Part shown: piece by piece, positions 53,939 through 60,828 of the stretch
How positions within the stretch are numbered: the first letter of the stretch is position 1
Layout: the number at the start of each line of letters is the position of its first letter
Assembly: GCA_047495785.1 (NCBI GenBank)
Contig: JBLDXI010000050.1
Coordinates: 434,001-498,000, forward strand
DNA length: 64,000 bases
Source of the DNA: Lepidodermella squamata
Lineage: Eukaryota > Animalia > Gastrotricha
Reading direction: 5' to 3'
Program-made: the position numbers and the translations under genes
The notes under the pieces: model-generated
The model's input: the letters and a program-made list of their open reading frames with translations, nothing else
Told to the model about the DNA's origin: nothing
Databases searched by the model: none

Positions 53939-53949
53939 CGGAACGACCC
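53899..53949 (+). promoter_or_regulatory. -1 programmed ribosomal frameshift signal (G GGA AAC plus stem-loop)
   Basis: X XXY YYZ heptamer in the gag frame (53899-53905), a 6-nt spacer, then a GGGTCG...CGACCC stem (53912-53949) with an inner TCCG/CGGA stem. Pol is in the -1 frame and open across this site. Confidence 0.85.
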
Positions 53950-56900
53950 AAGCAACAAGACGATACGAACGACCCGGAAGCATGTATGACGGTAAACAAT
54001 GTAAATAACAATAAGGTGGCGGGTTACGGATTACATGCTGATGTTTCATTTAATAGTAGTGATGTAGGAAAACATATATCGAAAAATTTGTTGTTTATGT
54101 TAGACACAGGCGCAGAAATTAGTTGTATCAATAGCAAACATGTCCCGAAGTCAACAACCCTGGAACCAGCGTTAGCAGTCGGTGCAGACGGTCAAGACCT
54201 CAGCGTGCGAGGAAAAACCAAGTGCGAAGTTACCCCGGAAAATGGTCAAGCATACAAGGACGAAGTTTTGGTTGTCGAAGGTTTGTGCACCGACGGACTA
54301 CTCGGGTTCGACTTCATGAAGCAAAACGCCAACGGTATCAACTTCCAACGCAAGACGCTCGAATTCAAGGAAGGTCCAGTAAAACTCAAAGAAGTCCAAT
54401 CAAGGCGAAAAATGTTGGCAGCCGTACATGCTAGCGAAAAAGTGGAGATCCCAGCGTTCAGTGTCAAAGCGATCCGAGGTACCATTGGTGATGGTAAACG
54501 GAAATCGTACGGAACAGGCATCGTTGTCGGCGCCGAAAACACTTGCAATCAGAAAATGTGCGAAGTTATCCCTAGCCTGACAAAGACACCGTACGGACAA
54601 GTCAACGTACTTTATGTCAATCTGATGGACGAAGCGGTAAGCATTGAAAAAGATGAACCTATTGCAGGGTATGAAGAGGCCGAAGAAGCAACAATCCAAA
54701 CGATCGGTAAATTCCGACGTGCGACCGAAACCGAAAGGAAGCAACTCCCAAAGCCAAACCTCCGCCAGCTGATCAAACTACACAGCGACATCCCGAAAGA
54801 ACACGCCGAGAAATTCTACCAGCTAGCAGAAAAATACCCTGAAATCTTCTCTGTCTCGGACGACGATTTCGGGTACACCACCTACGTCAAGCACGAAATT
54901 CGAACAAATGGCGGCCCAATCCGTCAAACCGGTTACCGCCTGGGACGAAGCCAACTGGAAGAAGTCGAGTCGAAAATCAAGGATATGCTTAAGAAAAAGG
55001 TAATTCGCCCCAGTTCATCTGCATGGTCATCACCGATCGTCATGGTACCCAAAAAGTCGGGCGAAATGAGATTCTGTGTCGACCTGCGCAAAGTCAACGA
55101 CGTCACGGAGAAAGATGCGTTCCCACTACCACGTACCGACGACATATTGGAAGCACTGGGAGGATCGCAACTGTACAGTACTATGGACCTTACCAGCGGA
55201 TACTGGCAATTGGAACTCGAAGAATCAAGCAAGGAGAAGACCGCGTTCGTCACACCCTTCGGACTCTACGAATTCAACCGCATGCCATTCGGGCTGTGTA
55301 ACGCCCCAGCCACGTTTCAAAGATTGATGATGTTCGTACTAAACGGCCTGTTATACCGCGAAGTTTTGGTGTACCTCGACGACATCATCGTATTCAGCAA
55401 GACACTTGAAGAGCAACTCGAACGTCTTGAACGAGTTTTCATTCGACTGCGTGATGCAGGTTTGAAAATTAAACCATCTAAATGCAATTTTCTTTGTCCT
55501 TCAGTTACCTACTTGGGACACGTCGTCTCGAAAGATGGTATCAAACCCGATCCGAATCGCATTTCAGCTGTCAAAAACTGGCCGACACCTAATAGTGCCG
55601 CACAAGTGCGATCATTCCTGGGCCTAGCCAATTATTATCGGCGTTTTGTTCCAAAATTCGCCGACATTGCGAAACCACTATACAATCTCCTCAAGAAAGG
55701 CGAGAAATTCAACTGGACAACAGAAACAAAACAATCCTTCGAAACATTGCGTGACAAACTGGTTACTCACCCGATCTTGGCCTACCCGAACTTCGAGTTA
55801 CCCTTCAGAGTCGACACTGATGCTTCAAACTTTGCTATCGGAGCCATCCTGAGTCAAAAACAAGACGGACAAGAACGAGTCATTGCCTACGCGAGCCGAA
55901 CATTGAACCAGGCTGAACGAAACTACATGACGACGGAACGAGAACTCTTGGCTGCAACATGGGGTGTGGCGCAATTCGCACCATTCTTGAAATCCAAAGC
56001 GCAAGGTGGAGCATTCGAGCTATGGACCGACCACAACCCTTTGACAAGTCTACGCGCTTTGAAAGATCGCGGAGGAAAGCTAGCACGATACGAGTATCAA
56101 CTGATGCCCTATGAAATCACGTTCAAATGGAGAAAAGGCATCGACCATTCTAATGCCGATAGTCTGTCGCGAAGACCCGACCTTGAAGCTTTACCAATGG
56201 TCGGAAAAATCATCACGTTCGAACAACCAGACATCAACCGCGACGACGTTAAAATCGCACAACGAGAAGACGGAGAACTGAATTTGATTATAAAGCAATT
56301 GGAAGAGAATCCAGCGATCGGCGAAAAGTATGGTTTAAAATTAGCTGACAATGTTCTTTATCGTTACAGAGGTGAAAAAGGAGCAATCGTTATCCCGCCG
56401 GCGTTAAGACCTACAATTCTTAAGGCGATCCACGACGATATGGGTCACCTAGGCACCGAACGAACCCTTCAACGATTACGCGAACGATTCTACTGGCGCG
56501 GTTTCGAACTCGATACCGAAATCTACGTCAAATGTTGCGAACAATGTCAACGCCGCAAGAACCCACCAAAAACCCCTGTGGCCCCGCTCAACCCGATTGT
56601 GGTCAACCGACCAATGGAAATCGTCGGATGGGATGTCATGGGACCGATACAGCCAACATCGTCGAGTGGTCACCAGTACATTCTCGTCATTGGCGACTTA
56701 TTCTCCAAATACATCGAAGCATTCCCAATGAAAAACTACACGTCGGAAACACTGCTAAAACACCTCAACGGTTTTATGCTTCGCCACGGAGTACCTCAAA
56801 AACTTTTGAATGATCAAGGTAGTTCGCTGAATTCTGAAGTTGTTGAACAGGTTTGCAAGATGCTGAAAATCAAACACGTTCGAACTTCGAGCTACCACGC

Positions 56901-57744
56901 CCAAACAAATGGTTTCGTTGAACGACAGAACCGGAACCTTCAAAACATGCTAGCCAAGTACCTTCACGGCAAGTCACAGCGCGAATGGGATAGTTACCTG
57001 CCAGTTGCAGTGTTCGCCTACAACACTTCGGAGCACGAATCAACGAAGTACATGCCATATTTCCTATGGTACGGACGACCGCCACGCATCCCGATCGATG
57101 CCTTGCAACTGTACGAACCCTATCACGCCAGCGGTCTTACCCCATCGAAAGAAGACCCACAAGGCTATGCTACGAAAACATGGGCAGCACTGCGCGATGC
57201 GTACGAAGCGACACGGCAAAGACTCTTGAAAGCGCAAGCACGCCAAAAGGACCAGTACGACAAAAAGGAGAACGTGACAAACTACGTAACGGGACAATTG
57301 GTTTGGCTCAATTTACGCACGGTAAACACGAAAAATAACGAAGGTCGCAAATGGCTACTCAGTTGGCGAGGCCCGTTCACCGTACTGGCACCGTTGAAGA
57401 ACAGCACCTACTTGATTCGACTGTTTGATGGCAGTGGACCGGAGAAAGTTGTACACCACAATCGATTGAAACCGTATTTCGGATGCCCACCGAGAACGAC
57501 TAAACAATGGACGGAAAATGTTGGCAGTGACGATCTCGACGTAATCGTTGAAGACCCCGACGAATCAACCAATTGGCCAGAATTCTGGGCAAGTCACAAT
57601 GTCGAGGAACAGTCGGAGCGACCGACGGTCGAGCAACCTGCACCGGCGAGAAGTGACGAACGAGTAATTCCGATCAGATCATTCACGGACGACTTCCTGG
57701 AGGAAACGGATCGACTACTACAAGGATTGCCAATTCACAAATGA
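53902..57744 (+). CDS. pol: Pol polyprotein (protease, reverse transcriptase, RNase H, integrase), probably expressed as a Gag-Pol fusion
   Basis: PR LDTGAEIS; RT FCVDLRKVN, MPFGLCNAPATFQ, YLDD; RNase H DTDAS, ELLA, TDH, ADSLSR; IN HDDMGH...CEQC, WDVMGP, NDQG, VERQN, and WRGPF (GPY/F motif). Uninterrupted frame 53722-57744. Confidence 0.96.
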   Translation, partial: KRKRVDPLSGKVAERPKQQDDTNDPEACMTVNNVNNNKVAGYGLHADVSFNSSDVGKHISKNLLFMLDTGAEISCINSKHVPKSTTLEPALAVGADGQDLSVRGKTKCEVTPENGQAYKDEVLVVEGLCTDGLLGFDFMKQNANGINFQRKTLEFKEGPVKLKEVQSRRKMLAAVHASEKVEIPAFSVKAIRGTIGDGKRKSYGTGIVVGAENTCNQKMCEVIPSLTKTPYGQVNVLYVNLMDEAVSIEKDEPIAGYEEAEEATIQTIGKFRRATETERKQLPKPNLRQLIKLHSDIPKEHAEKFYQLAEKYPEIFSVSDDDFGYTTYVKHEIRTNGGPIRQTGYRLGRSQLEEVESKIKDMLKKKVIRPSSSAWSSPIVMVPKKSGEMRFCVDLRKVNDVTEKDAFPLPRTDDILEALGGSQLYSTMDLTSGYWQLELEESSKEKTAFVTPFGLYEFNRMPFGLCNAPATFQRLMMFVLNGLLYREVLVYLDDIIVFSKTLEEQLERLERVFIRLRDAGLKIKPSKCNFLCPSVTYLGHVVSKDGIKPDPNRISAVKNWPTPNSAAQVRSFLGLANYYRRFVPKFADIAKPLYNLLKKGEKFNWTTETKQSFETLRDKLVTHPILAYPNFELPFRVDTDASNFAIGAILSQKQDGQERVIAYASRTLNQAERNYMTTERELLAATWGVAQFAPFLKSKAQGGAFELWTDHNPLTSLRALKDRGGKLARYEYQLMPYEITFKWRKGIDHSNADSLSRRPDLEALPMVGKIITFEQPDINRDDVKIAQREDGELNLIIKQLEENPAIGEKYGLKLADNVLYRYRGEKGAIVIPPALRPTILKAIHDDMGHLGTERTLQRLRERFYWRGFELDTEIYVKCCEQCQRRKNPPKTPVAPLNPIVVNRPMEIVGWDVMGPIQPTSSSGHQYILVIGDLFSKYIEAFPMKNYTSETLLKHLNGFMLRHGVPQKLLNDQGSSLNSEVVEQVCKMLKIKHVRTSSYHAQTNGFVERQNRNLQNMLAKYLHGKSQREWDSYLPVAVFAYNTSEHESTKYMPYFLWYGRPPRIPIDALQLYEPYHASGLTPSKEDPQGYATKTWAALRDAYEATRQRLLKAQARQKDQYDKKENVTNYVTGQLVWLNLRTVNTKNNEGRKWLLSWRGPFTVLAPLKNSTYLIRLFDGSGPEKVVHHNRLKPYFGCPPRTTKQWTENVGSDDLDVIVEDPDESTNWPEFWASHNVEEQSERPTVEQPAPARSDERVIPIRSFTDDFLEETDRLLQGLPIHK

Positions 57745-57840
57745 ACAGTAGTAACCAGTAACCCCGAAACCCTTAGTATGTAGTAAGATTAAAGAAAGTG
57801 GTTGCTGCGCGGCGTCAAGCGCCAGCGCAAGGTGTATGTG

Positions 57841-57852
57841 TTTTGTTTTTAG
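57841..57852 (+). promoter_or_regulatory. Putative splice acceptor for a subgenomic env mRNA
   Basis: TTTTGTTTTTAG immediately precedes the env ATG at 57853. Confidence 0.65.
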
Positions 57853-59691
57853 ATGAATATTTTATCTTATGTTATATGGAGTGCGACGATAATTGGAACG
57901 GTAGCGACGCCCGTCGAGCAGGAATTTTGGCAGAAGCTGTTACTTCTTGGTCGCAGTCATGAAATGATCGCATGGTATGACACTGAAGTCCCTGTTGTCC
58001 TCCACCACGACCTCCACTTCCGACCACTCCATATCCGAGCCGGCATGTTCAAGTGGAAGGCCCTCAAAGCCATGATTGACCAATGGAACGCCAATTTCCC
58101 CAAACTAACCCCAATATTCACCGATACCGTCGACGACAACCGTCGAGCCAAACGGGACGTTTGCGAGTATGCGGTGCTACGATGGTTCTATGAACTTTTC
58201 AATGGAAAATGCTCGATATTGGGCAGGGGCGCCAAAGAAGCGCTACTCGATGAAGCCAACACCCTTCAACGCGAAAACACCGTAGCCCGAATAATCAATG
58301 ACCAGACGGCAACACTGTCGACGGAGGCTCATCAACTCCATAGTGAAGTGGGCGACATTGAGGATTTTCTCACTAATTATTATCAAGGTGGAGTGGGCAA
58401 TGCGGTCGATTCTCAATTACTACTAGCAGTGTGGCATTTATCGAATTTCGTCGAACAACGCACCGTTTGGGACCAGATCGAACGGTTGAAGGCTGCAAGT
58501 CGCATGGGAAGCTTTGCAATCAGCGATTTGCCGAACGCTGTACGTGCTAAATTCGAAACAGTCGTCATCTCTGCGATCAACCACATTAACGGTTCGGAAC
58601 TTACGCGGGCGATGGTCCTAGGGCACGCACCGATCTTCCAACGACCACACTTCCAGTGGGTTACCGAGCAGTCACAAGTAAGCTTCCAACTAAGGGCGTC
58701 GCTACCAATCGTCGCGATGGAGAGTTGCCATATCTTCCGATTGTCACCAGTGACGTTGAAAACAAACCGCGGTTGTGTAGGACCTGCCGAAGACGCTTAC
58801 AAGGGCAAGTTAATTTTGAAATGTGTTGACAAGTACTTTTATTTTGAAGAGAGCCGGCTGGCACAATGTCATCAAGCCAACGCCAGAACCTATCTTTGCG
58901 ATAACGCCGCAAGCCAATCCCGAGTTACAGTTCGGCCGAACGCCCATTCACTCGATGTTCTGGCGCATGGCGAGTCAGTGGTGTGCCCGAGATTAAAAAC
59001 GATTCGAATCAGTGGAGATACCGTGTTGTTGACTGGAGATGCCCGGGTCAAGTTTACGAAAGGGGAGAACGTCTCCGAGGAGTTGGCACCGGCTGGTACG
59101 GTGATGCAAATTCCGTGTGGTGGCTCGCTCCAAGTTGCCGACGAGCTACCGCTGATGGTTGTTGGATCCAACTGTATGGACAATCTTTCGATGGCGCCAA
59201 TCGAAATTGCAAGTGTTGACGAGCTCGATTTTACGGTGAATACGAATCAGTCGAATAATACTGTGTTGGAAACCCTGGTGACAAAGATGGTGGCAAGTCG
59301 AAAATCGGATAAGTGGGCAGATTTAGAAGCAGCGTACACCCGTCGTAGTAACGAAATTGGCAATCTGTTCGCGAAAACGGACGAGGAACTCGCTAACGTC
59401 AAAGCTGAAATTGCTAAGATAGTCGAAATTGGCGATCAAGTTCCGCTTGTATGGTACTTCTTGGCAACAATCCTGATGATCCTGTCGATGGCAAATTCTG
59501 TAGCTTTGGTGTTTCTTCTTGGTCGTACAAAGGTGGCAACGACAATTCGTTCGGTAGTACGACCGCAACCAGAACCGCAACTAAGCTTAACGCCGACGGC
59601 AGTTCGGTACGATAAGGAAGAAGATATCGTTTTCATCACGCCACCTGACGAACCCGACGAGCCCGACGTTAAAGATGGGCACCTCATTTAG
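57853..59691 (+). CDS. env: Envelope glycoprotein, class I (F-type) fusion protein architecture, 612 aa
   Basis: N-terminal hydrophobic signal peptide. Furin site RRAKR at aa 97-101 (58141-58155) is followed by a hydrophobic segment (VCEYAVLRWFYELF). Then a heptad-like region, a Cys-rich region, N-X-S/T sequons, a second helical region, a TM segment (LVWYFLATILMILSMANSVALVFLL) and a cytoplasmic tail. Located 3' of pol. Confidence 0.88.
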   Translation: MNILSYVIWSATIIGTVATPVEQEFWQKLLLLGRSHEMIAWYDTEVPVVLHHDLHFRPLHIRAGMFKWKALKAMIDQWNANFPKLTPIFTDTVDDNRRAKRDVCEYAVLRWFYELFNGKCSILGRGAKEALLDEANTLQRENTVARIINDQTATLSTEAHQLHSEVGDIEDFLTNYYQGGVGNAVDSQLLLAVWHLSNFVEQRTVWDQIERLKAASRMGSFAISDLPNAVRAKFETVVISAINHINGSELTRAMVLGHAPIFQRPHFQWVTEQSQVSFQLRASLPIVAMESCHIFRLSPVTLKTNRGCVGPAEDAYKGKLILKCVDKYFYFEESRLAQCHQANARTYLCDNAASQSRVTVRPNAHSLDVLAHGESVVCPRLKTIRISGDTVLLTGDARVKFTKGENVSEELAPAGTVMQIPCGGSLQVADELPLMVVGSNCMDNLSMAPIEIASVDELDFTVNTNQSNNTVLETLVTKMVASRKSDKWADLEAAYTRRSNEIGNLFAKTDEELANVKAEIAKIVEIGDQVPLVWYFLATILMILSMANSVALVFLLGRTKVATTIRSVVRPQPEPQLSLTPTAVRYDKEEDIVFITPPDEPDEPDVKDGHLI

Positions 59692-60033
59692 AATAGTTAA
59701 CACTGTGTAGCAGGTAGCTCTTTGAACTGAAATATTCTTTTCTGCGCCGTTTGTTTATTGAAAAGGGGAGGGAAAATAGTAAGTTGAATAGTGGAATGAT
59801 TGTAGCATTCATTACAGTAGTAACGTGCAGTAGTTTGTAGCGTATTATGCAAAGTAGTATACATAGTATACAATGTAGTTGTCGTATGCAATGAATGGTT
59901 GCGTGTGAATGGTAGTGTTGTATAGTTGCATGAATGACTCTGTAAAAACATGTAGTTCAGAATGTATTTTGTTTTGAAAAAGGTTATCTCACAACTCTAC
60001 GGTCGACTGTTCTATATCGGTGTTGGAGTGATG

Positions 60034-60387
60034 TCACGGAACGCGTTGCGGCGCATCCTCGTCGTTATTGTCATCGCCGCCAACAATTGCGACATTGGCA
60101 GCAGCCTGCGGCACAGCCCGATCCACGGTCGCGTCAATCGCGTTAAGCGCATCCGCAAGTTCTGGCGCGAATTCCGCAACCAAGGCCTCCAGCTCCGGAT
60201 CGGGTGCCAATAATTGTTGACGGACGCTTTGATGGAAACGCATGACTGCGTCGTCAACTGCAACAGTGCGGGCTTGGTCAGCATAAACCGATAACTGGAG
60301 CTCGTACGTCGCAATAATAAAATGGGCGAATTCTACGACACCCGCAATCGTCGTTAAGTCTAGAGCTTCGAGGCCCGCGATCGACAT
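60034..60387 (-). CDS. Putative antisense accessory protein (117 aa; 163 aa if started at the ATG inside the 3' LTR, 60525)
   Basis: AAAATG start context. GC-rich, coding-like block set in an AT-rich UTR. The product is Ala/Val/Asp-rich, looks helical and has an acidic tail. A minus-strand AATAAA lies downstream at 59754-59759. No recognised homology. Confidence 0.55.
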   Translation of the reverse strand: MSIAGLEALDLTTIAGVVEFAHFIIATYELQLSVYADQARTVAVDDAVMRFHQSVRQQLLAPDPELEALVAEFAPELADALNAIDATVDRAVPQAAANVAIVGGDDNNDEDAPQRVP

Positions 60388-60480
60388 TTTGGCAATGTTG
60401 CAGATTTGAAAGTTTCCCAATTGAAATGAATAGGCAATGGCAAGTACCCCAACAAGTTGGTTTGATGGACACCGGTAGTC

Positions 60481-60501
60481 AAAGGATAAACGGGGAGGAA
60501 A
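60481..60501 (+). promoter_or_regulatory. Polypurine tract
   Basis: AAAGGATAAACGGGGAGGAAA directly abuts the 3' LTR. Confidence 0.88.
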
Positions 60502-60828
60502 TGTAACCGGTGTGAAGTCGACCATGACGAACCGCCGCTCAGATCGTCGACATGCTACGCATCACCGGCATCGTAGCGCGGTTCCACTCGGCTTACACCG
60601 CTACGGCTCACTGACGTTTTAGCGCGATCCCTGTAGCCGACACAGTAGCTGATGTTTCGCATGACCGGTTCTCATCATCCGGAACCAACACGGCCTCGAA
60701 AAACAACCCATCCTGATAGTATTTAAGCTGATGTAATTTGTCGATAAAATAACAAGTTGTACAAGTATAATAAAGTTGTGAGATTACCACTTCTGCCGTC
60801 TCTTGCCTAGTGTCGAACCCCTGTTACA
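60502..60828 (+). repeat. 3' LTR (327 bp)
   Basis: Direct repeat of 52256-52582, followed by the TSD CTTG and the remainder of the interrupted monomer. Confidence 0.97.
60769..60774 (+). terminator. Polyadenylation signal AATAAA in the 3' LTR
   Basis: AATAAA followed by GT/T-rich sequence, ~55 bp before the LTR end. The 5' LTR copy is at 52523-52528. Confidence 0.65.

Larger units (their letters stand above)
52256..60828 (+). mobile_element. Full-length Ty3/Gypsy (Metaviridae) LTR retroelement with env (invertebrate endogenous retrovirus), 8573 bp
   Basis: Two 327-bp LTRs (TGTAAC...GTTACA), 4-bp TSD CTTG (52252-52255 and 60829-60832), PBS, PPT, and intact gag, pol (PR-RT-RH-IN order) and env ORFs. 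Confidence 0.97.

Noticed and set aside
57481-57744. Chromodomain at the integrase C-terminus
   Set aside because: No chromodomain motif pattern is visible; the tail is acidic and Pro-rich.
52887-59687. Small alternative-frame and antisense ORFs inside gag, pol and env
   Set aside because: They are short, lack motifs and are expected shadows of long coding frames.
59697-60314. Other ORFs in the 3' region (59697-59951 minus, 59962-60213 plus, 60012-60314 minus)
   Set aside because: They are low-complexity products of the RTAGT tract or shadows of the better-supported 60034-60387 ORF.
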